From Azolla caroliniana (Eukaryota; Plantae; Polypodiophyta), in the NCBI GenBank assembly GCA_043228905.1, contig JBHGNT010000015.1, positions 7,936,001-8,000,000 on the forward strand: a stretch of 64,000 nucleotides of DNA, in the 5' to 3' direction. Position numbers and translations under genes: made by a program. Each line of letters opens with the position of its first letter. Positions within the stretch are counted from its first letter, which is position 1. The notes below the pieces were generated by a model. It saw nothing but the letters and a program-made list of their open reading frames with translations. It did no database searches and was not told where the DNA came from. Positions 36,449 to 49,856 of this stretch are shown one piece after another.

Positions 36449-38085
36449 AAAAGAAGAAAGAAGCAAGAAGGAAAACTATATTTAGCACCTAATGGTGCGT
36501 GTGGGATGACTACACTCAATGTGAGAGAGAAGCGCCAAGTTCAAAACTTTGAACATTGGCTAAAATAACAAGGATTATTAGAAGAAGAAGACAACATATC
36601 ATGGGTCATGGAGGAAGCCTCATTTAACGATACAGTCGGAGAAATAGAGAGTATCGTGCACTTGAGCCCTCATGAGCAACATACGATTCAAGTCAACTCC
36701 ATCAAGATGTATATCGCCATCGACGAATGCCGACGAGGGGTCATGGAGGAGTTGGTCAAAGTTAACACAAAATATAAATCAGTAGATAAGAAGGTCAAGC
36801 TAGTAGCTATTTCATTACCGGAGGATAGTTGGCAAAGGATGAAAGAAGTTACCAAGGATCCAGGTCTCAAACATCCAAAAGGGATAGGCCATACCTTCAC
36901 CAACGAAACAAGAGGGAAACTCCAAGTTGGGAAGGATGACTTCCTTCTCCCCGAAGAATAAGAAAGGTTTCGGATGATGCTTGAGAGACATGGTAAAGCC
37001 TTCGCCTTCTTTCCACAAGAAATCGGATGTGCCGACCCGAAAATGATAGAGTCCATGGTGATATTTACAGTGCCGCATGTACCTTGGAACCTCAAGCCGA
37101 TACCGGTTCCAAGAGCTCACATTCCGAAGCTGATTAAGCTCACATTCCGAAGCCGATACCGGTCCTTACGCTTTATTCAATATCTCCAACCCGTCAACAA
37201 GGTGACGATGCGAAATGCTGGAATTGGTCCAAGCGTGGATGAATTTGCCGAAGCCTTCGCGGGAAGATCGATCTATTCCATGGGTGATCTCTACTTAGGC
37301 TATGATCAATTTCAATTGGCAGTCGATAGTAGAGACATTACAACAATGAGGACACCGATTGGGTTGGTAAGGATGTGCACCTTACCCCAAGGTGCGACAA
37401 ACTCCGTAGCCCACACGGTGAATGCTATGAACAAAGTGTTAGGGGATTGTATTCCTAATATCACAATGCCTTTCTTAGATGACATTCTGATCAAAGGATG
37501 CTCAGTGGAAGAAAAAGATGAATCAAAACATGAAGATGGTTGCCAAAGATTCGTCATCGATCATATAAAGGATAGCGAGAAGGTGTTGCAAAAGCTTGAG
37601 GATGCAAATCTCACATTTTCAGGAGAGAAGTCCGCATTCGGTCAACCAGAAATATTGGTAGTAGGACACTTATGTGGATCTTATGGCTGGAAGCCATCTC
37701 CATCCAAGGTGAATGCTATCCAAGAGATGAAAGAGGAGTGTGAGTCCCAAACAGAGGTGAGAAGATTCTTGGGAGCATGTGCATTCTACCACATATGGAT
37801 TCCACATTATGCCCATGTTGTTGAACCATTGTATGGACTACTAAATAAAAGGAAGAAGTTTGAATGGGAAGACGAGCATACCTACGCGGTTCAAAAGTTG
37901 AAGAAACAATTATTGAAAGCTCCAGCATTGCGCAAAGCCGACTACACCGAAGGTACCCCGATATATGTGACAGTGGATACGAGCCCAACCGGAATTGGAT
38001 GGGTGATTAACCAAGAAGACAAAGACAAAAATCGGTATGCAATCCGATTCGGTGCAAAGGTGTTGACTGAAAGACAAAGAAAATA

Positions 38086-39332
38086 ACATATGCACATACA
38101 TATTCCACATATCACCATATATATAGGTTATACGGGACCATACACTCTACAATACTTACATACACACACATTGTATATATGTATACTTACACATACATCC
38201 ATATATGAGCCATACACATCCTAAACACTAAAATACCCCAAATATATACGTACATAAATACATTACATATATACAAATACGTATATTCATTCATACATTG
38301 CTACACATATATACACACATATGCCTACAATGTTACACATATAAATTTTACAAAAATACATCCGTACACATACATTACATATTTATATTATATACATGTA
38401 CATACATACATATCACCACATACACACACATGGCCATACACACTACAATACTACAATATATACATATACATACATACATACATATTATGCACATATTTCA
38501 AACACACATCCATACAAGTTGAATCTTGTACATTGACATATGCATAAACATACATACATACAAACATACATTACATATACATGTACATACATATTCCACA
38601 TATCAGTGAACACCATATATATAGGTCATATAGGGTCATACAAACTACAATACTTACATATATACATACACACACATTAGATATATGTATACTTACACAT
38701 ACATTGGATATATGTATACATATTATTTGCATATTGCAAACATACATCTAGATATAAGCCATACACATACCAAACACTAAAATACCTTGAAAATATGCAT
38801 TCATAAATACATTACATATTACATATATACACATATGTACATTCGTACATGGACATACATATATGCATTCATACATTGCAAACATACATCCATACAAATA
38901 CATACATACATACATATATACATTACATACATACATATTATATTACATAGTACATAGTACATACATACATACATATGTACGTACGTACGTACATACATAC
39001 CTACATTACATACATAAAATGTACATATAGTGCATTCCACATGTCACCATATATATAGGTCATACGGGGTCATACAAAATACAATACATACACATATACA
39101 GTACATTGATACATATATTCATTCAACACATAATGGATCCAATATACACATCCAAACTTACAGACATGCCATATATACAATACATACAACACATGCAATA
39201 CAATACAATATGTACGTACGTACACACATCTCATATATACAATGCATATATACAATTAATACAATGCAATATGTACACACATACACACATACATATATAT
39301 GCATGCAATACAATACATATGCACATATATAG

Positions 39333-39367
<35 letters not shown>

Positions 39368-39775
39368 CACATACATATGTCATACACACATGCTATACAT
39401 ATAATACATACATAGAATAACACACGTATAGAACATATTCACACACACGCACATGCACACCCATATAACACATACATACACACATGCAATACAATACAGA
39501 CATATGCACATACATAGAACATACACACTGACAAATAACACATACCATACATACTCACATGCCATACGCACTATACAGACAATACAATATCTACATACAT
39601 ATAAAAATGCCATATATACAATACAATACAATATGTAGATACATACATGCACACAAAACATACATATATACACATGCAATACAATACATACACATGCACA
39701 TATAATACATACACACACACACACACACACACAATGCATACATACATGTACATACACACATGCCATACATATAAT
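38086..39775. repeat. TA/CA-rich low-complexity array with degenerate ~450-500-bp higher-order units
   Basis: TACA/CA microsatellites; CACCATATATATAGGT motif recurs near 38113, 38611 and 39045. Confidence 0.9.
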
Positions 39776-40063
39776 GAGTCAAATAGAGTTCTTCTAGAGA
39801 CATCTTTGACAAAAGAGTCAAAATCTCGCTTTGTTGGAGTTTGAATCTTTAGTTTAAACGAAGGAACTTTTTGACGAGAGTCATTGAAATGAAGACAACA
39901 TCCTATTTAGGTTAATTACGAACAAGACCATATTATTTGAACAAAAACGATGGAGAAAGCAGTAAAATAAAGAACAATTAAATGCAAAACACTAAAAATA
40001 GTATCAAAATGATGAGAAAACTGTGATGAGGGAAATAAATTTTCTATCTGCAAAACCCTATTT

Positions 40064-40158
40064 TTTCAACCAAAATCCGATGCAGTGCATCGGATTGTGG
40101 TTGAAAGAAGGGCTATCTTCCACCAAAATCCAATGCACTGCACCGGATTTTGTTTGAA
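40064..40158. repeat. Two adjacent related palindromes (43 and 41 bp)
   Basis: TTTCAACCAAAATCCGATGCA-G-TGCATCGGATTGTGGTTGAAA (40064-40106) and a related copy at 40118-40158. Confidence 0.85.
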
Positions 40159-40671
40159 TGCCTTGATTGTGACATGACTTCTCCTTAACCATCTAGTGAA
40201 GTTTAAGTGCATTTTAATTCGATGGTGTGTTTCCTTAACAAAATATTTGGGGATTATTGCATATTGTGAAAAGGAATCTTTAAGGCATCTTTTAGAATCT
40301 TAAAAAATGCAAAGAATATTGCTAACCTGGAGATCTTCTTTCCCTTGTTCATGATGCCTGGCAGAGGTAGTGCTTCGGAGTGCTTGAAATTAGTATGTGC
40401 TCTGAGCTTGATGGATTCTTTGTCGCGATAATGAAAATGAAATTTGAAACTTCATTATATATAAATGTTTTTTTTTAAATAAAAATTAATTTTTAATTAA
40501 TTTTTTTGAAATTTCTCTTCCTAAAAAGTGTTATAGTGTAACCAATAACTCATGTCTAGTTCTAATAGTTATATAGTAAAGATTCAACGTTCCTTAATCT
40601 TTTCTATAGAGGAGTTCGGTATATAGCCCTTTGATGGTAGTGCCACAGGGTTTGTCTTGATAGTTTTGAGA

Positions 40672-43290
40672 ATGTCTTCTTCTATAAGTAGAACGTCTTG
40701 TTTTTCTATTGCCCCCTTTTCTTTGACCAACAACTCGTATTTCTCAATAGAAGAGTACGATTACAAGAGACATTTGAAAGGCTCGCGTCAAAAACAGAAA
40801 AGTGAGGCTCCTAGTACCTCGAATTCTCTTTTTTCAATTGATCCTGTTGATGGCCCTCTTCATGTAAGCTTAGAAGCGGAGTCTGATACTTCTATAGATA
40901 ATAGTAGTATTAGTAAACCACTTGTATTTAAAAGTATCCCTCGACAAGTTAGTGAAAAGAGATTTAATTTTTTATGTTCTGATCATCAACTTCTTTGCGA
41001 TTTCAACAAAACATGCTGTGTGAATCTCCGCCTTTCAACTTATGGAAACTCGAGGTTACGAGAAACATGACAAAAATATTTGTCGCTTAATGGGGAAGAG
41101 CAGGACACATTTCTTCTTTCGCATATGTAGCTTAAAATGGATCACAACGCAGGGTCTAATTCTACGCAGGTTGAATATTTCCTTGGACTATATACTAAGT
41201 GTTGTTGAGCCGCTTTTAAAATCGCTCATAGCATTGGAAATATGTGGCTGCAACGAGTTCAAGAGCGTCTTCTGAAGGGATCGTGGATACCGTTGGATCG
41301 AAATGATTCTGGATGTAAGGGTCAAATTGGGTAACACGCAATTAGGTGGATGGAAGTGTATTTTTCAAAACTGTGCGACATTATGCCTACGACAAGAAGA
41401 CTACATTTGTCGGATAACTTTACTCGAAGGGAAGTTTACCAATCATACAAGGACGACATGTCAGTAGATGATGCACCTTACATAAAGTATAGACATTTTA
41501 ATCGATTGTGGAGGTTACAATTTAACAATGTGGTTATCCCATGAAAGGTATGAATGGGAGTCTGCTCAATATGTGGAAAAGTATGGCCAAGGGTGGAAAA
41601 TCAGATGTAGAGATAAGGAATTACAAGAACCTATTAAAAGAACATCGTGAAAGTCAAGCATCACCGACAAAAAGTGTTTCAATCTCCCGAAAAGTATATG
41701 TGCATGATTATTGATGGCATGGATCAAAAGAAGACTTGTTTGCCGCATTTCCAACGACTCCCAAAAGATATTGCAAATGAGTGCCTCGTGCAAATGCATC
41801 TAGTAGGGTGTTTGACATATTGTCAAAGAATAAGGCCACAAGTATTCTTAACTTATCCTAATATCCACAACGACCCTAATCTCACTGTCACTGTCATGCA
41901 CAGAGTATTGCAATCATGGTCAGGCATAGTACCGCCAGTTCTATACGTGCAACTAGACAACACAGCAAGAGAGAATAAAAACTCAACTGTCTTCGGTTAT
42001 CTAAGCATGCTAGTAGAGAGGGGCATATTTAAAAAGATAAAGGTCAACTTCTTATTAGTTGGTCATACCCATGATCACATAGATCAAATGTTTAGTAGGT
42101 TCTCAAAGAAACTAGCTCATTGTAATGCTTTCACGCTTACCACGCTATCAAAATTGATAAGTGAAGCATATACACCAAAGCCTGAAGTACATCACTTGAA
42201 TGAAGTGTACGACTTTAAACTTTTCTACATGGATGGTGATGGGACTAAATGTAGGGTGCTTGCACCTCTTAATAATATAAGTTTCAACCATGTCTTCCTC
42301 ATAAAACAAACCTCGGCCCACCTCAAGATGACGGTGTTGTTTGCAAAACAATACTCATCTAGTACACAATGGGAGCCCCAAGAAGGTTGTAGGCTCCTAC
42401 TTTATATCCCAAATGCACCATTGCATGGTGCATAGCAAATGCCATATGATGATCATAAAAATGTGGCACCCAATAGTTCTATTGATGAACAAAGGGCATA
42501 TTGGTTGCGATGTCTTGAAGAGAAACAAAAGAATATTGATCGCACCAAGAAGTACGTCAGTGATGAGGATGTTGAATGGTGGGAGATCTTCCTCACCCAT
42601 CAACGCACCATTTTAGATAATTACATCGCCGGATTTTGGCCAATCCATAACCCATTCACACGGAATATTGGGGTGCCATCAATGATATCGCCGACTCATC
42701 ATCAACCATTGAATAATATAGAGCTTCATAATTAAGTTCAACCACTAGAAAGAGATATTTACGTGGGACCAAGAAAGTCACGTATTGTTGAGGCAAGATG
42801 GCAAGGTAATTTGCAAGAACTACAAGTTGGAATGTTGGTCGCAACATTAGCTGGGGATGATAACTTGGGCCATCCATTTTGGATTGCAAAAATTATTGAA
42901 TTAGTGAAGGATGAAGAAGGCAATCAGACAAAGTCAATTGTGGTCCACTGGTATCAGACATCTTCACCTGATGCATTTACGGGAAAGTATTCTTTAGAGA
43001 TGGTTATGGATGTCGGATGTTCAAGCAGAAAGAGAAGAAGAAAGAATATACCGAGCATAGCTACTCTCGCACTAGACCGTGTTGCCATACTAGTATACGA
43101 CTTCTCATTGACAAAATCAGGCCATCTAAGACAAGCCACCATCAAGATAATAAAGGGGAAAATCCCAAATATGGTATCAAACAATATACAGAGACTAACC
43201 AAAAGCAATTCTCATAACCACAAAGATGTTGGCTTGGAATTGGACGAAGATAATGCATTGACTGCCACTGATGATGAGGATGAGACGTAA
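40672..43290 (+). pseudogene. Decayed intronless DDD-type transposase, Sola1-like
   Basis: ORFs at 40657, 41350, 41647, 42439 and 42763 share one frame; motifs CSIC, IDGMDQKK, QLDNTARENKN, FLLVGHTHDHIDQMFS. Confidence 0.75.
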
Positions 43291-43849
43291 GAATGCTCTT
43301 CCAGTCCATCAGACATGTCTTAAAATGTTGACTTGGTTCAAGCTCAAGATCGTTTTACTACATGATCTGAAATTTTGTAAATTACTTTCAGATGTTAAAT
43401 CACGAATATGTATAATTATAGCTGGTAGTCATGTTGTACATTCTTTTGTAATTTTGGCGATGTATATTGTTATGCATTTTACTTATGTCTAAAAGTGGTA
43501 GTCATGTTGAAATTCAATATATTTTGCCACATTTTTTTAAAAGCTTTACGCATGCATCACGTCTTTTTGTAAACTTCGTGGTTTTGTGCCCTTTTTCGAC
43601 GTAGTGTTCTTAAAATGCAACATATTACCTGTTTCAAATGACCCGGTGTTCAATCCCGACAATGCACAATATTTCAGATGGATAAAAACCTCGAAATGGT
43701 GAATGTCGACCCTTTAGACATAGACATAACGTGTACACCAAAGGATCAAGGTGCAGACACCACTGTCAGGAACAATACTAAGACAGAGAAGGAATTAGTA
43801 CTAAAAGATGAGGATTAGTAATAAGGGAGGTATAGAACTCTCGAGAGAA

Positions 43850-43898
<49 letters not shown>

Positions 43899-44229
43899 TG
43901 ATAACAAAAGATATATATTATGTTAAGAGAATATACAATAGTAGCTAGGAGGCTTAAGACTAGAGTTGAATCGATTTGGTTCAAAATAATGCCTTGTGCC
44001 TCCTTTTATAGTGTTCTCATGAGTACTCCTGAAGTTTCTATAATGTTTTAGAGAAATATGGAATATACATCAATTTTCATAGTAAAACTTAAATGAAAAT
44101 AATATTCATTGTATTGCAACATATATTCTAATGGTCAAGAGCTCGACCCATGTAACATAAGGTCATGGGTTCAAGTCTTACCATATCATGACACTATCCT
44201 CACAAGTGTCACGAGTTGTTTTGGATTGA

Positions 44230-44410
44230 GGATCCGGTTTGTCTGGATATTGACGATGGAAGTCTTCAAGAAGAGCACACGACCATTGGTGACATTCTCT
44301 ATTGGTTCCCAAGTACGCTTGTTGGGACTATATCCTAGCCAATCGACTAAATAGTAGAGCTTGTTGCGAACAATCTTGGAATCGAGGATGGCGGCAACCT
44401 CGTACTCGGG
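44230..44410 (-). other. Chromodomain at the integrase C-terminus
   Basis: Translates EYEVAAILDSKIVRNKLYYLVDWLGYSPNKRTWEP with aromatic cage residues Y, W, Y. Confidence 0.9.
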
Positions 44411-46548
44411 TCCATCTTCAAGTTTGATCAGGGGTGGAGGTTGTTTAATACGACCTAGGATGGTGCTGTCTTGATAGGGTTCGAGGAGAGAACTAGGAAA
44501 TAGCGGATGTATCTGAAGTTGTGGAGGTAGATCGAGATGAAAATCAACATCATTAATTTTTCCGATAATACAGAAAGGACCTAATCACCAATAATCCAAC
44601 TTCTCGCATGGGCGAGTAGTCTTGATGTGTCATCGTAGTAGCCATACCCGATCTCCAATGTTAAAACTGGATGGAAGCCGATGACGATCCGCGTAAACCT
44701 TGTGGGTTTGTTGAGCTTGTTGTAGATGAGTAAATAAATCCGCTTGTATCTTGCATAACTGCTCCAAATGATCCTCTGCACAAGGATTTGTGGGTAACTC
44801 TAGGGTTTCAAATACACACCATTGGGGGTGACAGCTCGTATAAGCATAAAATGGTGTAACCTTTGTTGATGAGTGGTCCGAGTTATTATACGCAAACTCG
44901 GCGAAGTGGAGCATATCCACCCAGTTATCTTGATGATAGCTTAGAAAGCACCGAGATACTGCTCTGACATTTGATTTGTTCGTTCTGCTTGGCCGTCTAT
45001 TTGCGGGTTGTAGCCGGAGGAGAGGTTACATGTGACCTTGAGCATTTTAAAGAGGTGCTTCCAGAATTTCGAGAAGAACTGGGGTCCACAGTCGCTGATG
45101 ATACTATCGGGAAGGCCATGATGCCGACATACTTCACACATGACAGTTTCGGCAGTTTCCTCATTGGAGATTTCCTTAGTACAGGGCAAGAAATAGGCCA
45201 TCTTCATATATCGATCTACAACTGTTAAGATCGCATCGAATCCCTTAAGACCGGAATATCTGTGATGAAATCTAGAGCAATGGATTGCCACGGCTTGCTT
45301 GAAATTGGTAATGGGTCTAATAAACCATATGGATGATGCCTTGGCATTTTTGCTCTGCAACATGTATCACAAGTCCGAACAAAATCTTCGACAAATTGTC
45401 GCATATGGGGCCACCAGAATGATCATTGTACTAAATCTAATGTTTTAGTACTACCAAAATACCCAACTGTATATGTTTCATGACAATTTTGGACTACTCG
45501 AAGGCGACAAGAACCATTAGGAACATACAAGAGTTTCTTAAAGAATAGTAATCCATCATGACATTCAAATTGTCGATTGTCCGTACCTGGTTGTTGCGAC
45601 TGTGAACAAGATGCTCAAGAGGGATCAATTTGTGCTAGAATGGCTTGGGTGAAAGCATCTGTCTTCAAATCCTCACATATGGTATCCATAACATGGCAAT
45701 CCAAGGGCATACCGAAGACCTACATTGCTTGCAGTCGTGCTTGTCCCAGGATTACTTGCTTTTGGTTATCTAAAGTTGGCTCTCTAGGACGCGGTGCTAG
45801 ATATGAGCGCCGTGATAATGTATTTGCCTTCCCTTGTTGCTTCCCCAGACGATATGTAATTTTGAAGTCGAAACGAGTGAAGAATTGGCCCCACTGAGCT
45901 TGATGTTGAGTTAACACACGAGCATTCTGAAAGTAGGCAAGGTTTTTGTGATCACTGAATACGGTGACTTGATGAGAAGATCCCTCCAGAAAATGCCTCC
46001 ATTGCGTAAAAGAGTCCACTATTGCTAATAGCTCCTTATCATGAATTTCATAGTTGATTTCGGCAGCATCAAATTTGCGTGAGTGGAAAGCCACAGGATG
46101 GAGCTTTTCATCATCACCTTGTTGTGACAGAATGCTACCCAACGCGAAATCTGACGTGTCTGCTTCGATGATGAATGGTTTTTCCGAATCAACATGAGCC
46201 AGAATAGGAACTGATGTAAATGCCTTCTTAAGAGTCTCAAAAGCCATGTCTACTTCTTCAGACCAAACAAACGATTGTCCCTTCCTGGTGAGCTGTGTGA
46301 GAGGCAGAACAAGCTTTGAGTAATCCTGTATAAACTTGCGGTAGACATTGGCAAAGCCTAAAAAGCATTGCACATCTTGCAACAAACGCGGACTTTGCCA
46401 CTCTAGCACCGTTTTGACCTTAGCTGGATTCATGGAGATGCCATGCGAGGAAATGACATAGCCCAGAAATTCTACCTGGTTACACTCGAAACTACATTTT
46501 TCCAGCTTTGCATAAAGACCATGTCCTCGAAGTCGTTTTAGTACTAAC

Positions 46549-47261
46549 TATGAAGTCAATTTTTGCTCATAGGAAAAGACCGTGACAAGTACATTGGATG
46601 CGAAGGTATAGAAGAATAAAGCACAATATGAAAGGTCCAAGAGTTAAAAGATAAATGAAGTTTAAGAGAAATAAAGTTAGAGGCATTTTTCAAAAGTAGA
46701 AAAAGCAGAAAAAAAGAAAAAGAAGAAAAACGCAGGAAATTAAGCAGAAAAAGCAAGGTAGAGAAAAAAGCTCATAACTTCTTCATCTCTTATCCAAATT
46801 TCAAAAGAAAAGATTCATAAGAAAGATGACAAAGAGAGCCTTCTTGCATGATAAAATTGGTTGAAAACCCAGAAATAATTATATGAAAAACGCATCACAC
46901 AAACTCGAGGATATGTAAAAGAAAAGAAAAGAAAAAAGCAAGAATAACAGAACTAAAAACCTATAAATATGCGGTATTCTTAGAAATATGGGGGGTGAAG
47001 GAAGAATAGAATATCTACAAGGAAGGATAGAAGATCTACAAGAAGAAGTGAGGAAGAAGAAGAATATTAGAAGAAGTGGGAAGACGATTAGTAGAAGAAA
47101 GAGAGAAGGCAAAAAGACTATTTTAATAATAGTATATTGTAGTTATTTGGGGTTGTTCCTCTTGGTGTCTAAGAGTATTGTATTCTTTTCTTAATAGTAT
47201 ATTGAAGTATTCTTTTTTCTTCCTCTTCTCTTCTCTATCTTTTTTCTCTCTCTCTTCATCA
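46549..47261. mobile_element. Solo LTR inserted in the chromovirus RT
   Basis: TSD CTAAC (46544-46548 / 47262-47266); termini TATGAAG...CTTCATCA (TGATGAAG with one base lost). Confidence 0.8.
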
Positions 47262-48420
47262 CTAACAGTACATGAGAATCATGCTCTTCTTGGGTCTTTG
47301 AATAAACCAGTAGATCATCCAAATAGATGATCAAATAAACATCCAAGAGATCTCATAATATATCATTTGCCATGTGCTGGAAGACTGTTAGTGCATTAGT
47401 GAGGCTGAATGGCATGACCGTATACTTTAAGTGCCCATATCTGGTGCAAAATGCGGTCTTCCATTAATCTCATGGTCGGATCCATACGAGGTTATATGCT
47501 CCTCGTAAGTCGATCTTTGTGAAGAACCTTGCACCATTGATCCGTTCTAAAAGACTTGAGATAAGGGGAAATGTGTACCTATTCCTGATGGTGACCTTAT
47601 TCAAGCCACGGTAATCTACGACGAGATGAAGTGATCCATCCTTTTTCTTGACGAAGAAAATGGGTGCGCCGACTGGAGATTTCGAATGTCGAATGAAACC
47701 ATTCGCCAAATTCTCCTCTATATAGGCTTGAAGGACTTCTAGCTCGGTTGGTGGCAAATTGTAGATCGGTCCCCATGGTGGCTCTTTTCCCGGTTGTAAA
47801 TCGTTGGGGCAAATCATATGGTCGATGGTGAGGAAGCGTATTGGCTTGTACTTTATCGAACACATCGGCATAATGATGATACTTCTCTGGAAGTTGAACG
47901 GCGGACTCCTCTTTAGTGGTGTTGGAGGGTTTTACTGATACTACGAAGAGAAACTTTTCTTCCTTGCATCCTTCCTCACGCAGCTGATGTAGCGAAATGG
48001 TTGCAATCTTATGAGTAGATCCTCAGGTTTGTTGATACCGGATTTCCCTTGTTCTCCAATCTATTTCTGGGTTATGTAATTCGAACCATGGTAATCCCAA
48101 AACAATGGGATGTTCTAGGATACTAATTATATTAAAGGATACTACACACGCTAAATTATTTAGGACAATATTAACGTGCTTTGACTCTTCTATGATATTT
48201 CCGGAAGCAATGGGATGACCATCAATGACTACTACAGAGGCTGGACACGAGACTTTTCTTAGGGATATCTGATGAGCTTGGGCAAAATTCCTATCCATGA
48301 AGCAAGAATTAGCTTTGGAATCTAGGAGTGCGAAGACATGTACTAGAGAGGTAGAGAGGTACTTTTAGTACTAACTATTACTTGGGCTAAGAACACATTG
48401 TTAACTTGCTTAGAGGGAAT

Positions 48421-48498
48421 GGAACCACTAATGGGCTGCACAGATTTAGGGTTGTCCAACCAAACGGTTCCTATTTTGGCTAGACTTAGTCGTTTAAC
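48421..48498 (-). promoter_or_regulatory. Candidate -1 frameshift signal (G_TTA_AAC plus pseudoknot) at the chromovirus gag/pol junction
   Basis: gag ends EL-N-D*; 11-bp stem 48475-48485/48454-48464; loop GGAACC pairs with 48421-48426; -1 frame open toward protease. Confidence 0.75.
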
Positions 48499-49709
48499 TC
48501 TTCTTCTAATTGACTAAGGACATTAAATTTGTTCGATAGATTTGGGTTATTAGTATTATCAAATATTCCTACTGAAATAGATTCGGGTTTAGTACAATTA
48601 GAACTAACAACTATTTGGTTCACCTATCTTCTTGGCCTATGGGGACAATTCACTGCAATATGCATTGGTCCACCACAATAAAGACATCGTCGATTTGCTC
48701 GGTGTCGCTGCTTTTCTTCTTCTGATAATGGTCCGCGATGACATGTAGTGTCAATTTCCATCGAAGTTGGAGTATTCACTAGAGACGCATTATATGACTC
48801 CCTTGGAAAAGGTTTTGCTACCAATGACGCGTAGGTGGGCTCTGATCTTGCCCTTGGCATCTGGAACTAACGTTTCGAACGTCGTTCGAAAAGACGGTTG
48901 TCGTATCTCACCGCGCAACTGATTGCTTCTGTCAATGACTTTGGTTCTTCGGGGAAGGTCAAGAGTAAATCTTTGACATCGTTACGTAGACCATAATGAA
49001 ATTGCTCCATAAGTGCTTGGTCATCCCAGGGGATATCGAAGGCGAGTAGGCGGAAATCTGCAACGTATGTAGAGGTTGGACGATCACCTTGACGTAATCA
49101 TCGGATTTTGTTTATTGTTGTCCTTATGCTGTCAGTATCTCCAAAACAGGCTTTAAACTCACTTAAAAACTCTTCAAAATTGTTTAGTAAAGGAGATTCC
49201 TTTTCTAACAACGACGCGAACCATGCCAAAGCTGAGCCACTTAATAACGTGCCTACTAAACCCATTCATGATGCATCGGTGGGATATCGGGAAGGATGCA
49301 TTTGAATGACTAATCATACCTGATTAAGGAATCCTCTAAACTGCGATCGCATTCCATCGAATTTCATGGGAAGGCCGATCTTGGGTTCTTTACGAACCCC
49401 TTGCGTATTGGGTCCTTGTTGTTGCATCACGACTATGGTTGCTTCGAGTTGTTGCACGTGTAACACTAGTTCCCCATGTTGTTGTTGCGTCTGCTGCTTC
49501 TCCAAGGAGATTTGTGGAAGCTCCCCCAACAGTCGTTGATTTTCTTGTTCCAATGCGAGAAACTTCTCTTTCAAGCATTGCAACTCCGAAAAAACGGATT
49601 GATATTCTTGAGTGCTAACAGTGGCCATAGTATGAGAGAAAAGAGGAATAAGAGATTAGTATGAAGGGAGGGAGAAGTAAGAAGATAAAGGAAGAGAAGG
49701 AAGGAGACG

Positions 49710-49721
49710 AAATCGGTTCAA
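49710..49721 (-). other. Self-priming PBS complementary to LTR 49919-49930
   Basis: AAATCGGTTCAA and TTGAACCGATTT are exact reverse complements; no TGG-type tRNA PBS. Confidence 0.82.
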
Positions 49722-49807
49722 ACTGTCAGGAACAGTACTAAGACAGAAGGAATTAGTGCTAAAAGATCAGGATTAGTATTAAGGGAGGTGTAGAACTCTC
49801 GAGAGAA

Positions 49808-49856
<49 letters not shown>

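Larger units (their letters stand above)
33201..38085 (+). mobile_element. Gypsy element D (Trp PBS), 5' LTR to RNase H, 3' truncated
   Basis: LTR 33201-34131, PBS 34133-34149, CVWCDSVDHARKDC gag, protease, RT ORF 36974-38086. Confidence 0.9.

Noticed and set aside
38298-39844. Many His/Thr/Tyr- and Cys/Val/Met-rich ORFs
   Set aside because: Translations of TA/CA microsatellite sequence.
40467-40512. AT-rich quasi-palindrome
   Set aside because: Low-complexity A/T runs expected by chance.
43620-43654. Candidate right TIR of the transposase element
   Set aside because: No reverse-complement partner found by eye between 38086 and 40672.
48363-48377. Short match TTTTAGTACTAACTA to the solo-LTR junction at ~46537-46550
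   Set aside because: AT-rich, and both copies fit their local coding context; probably coincidence.
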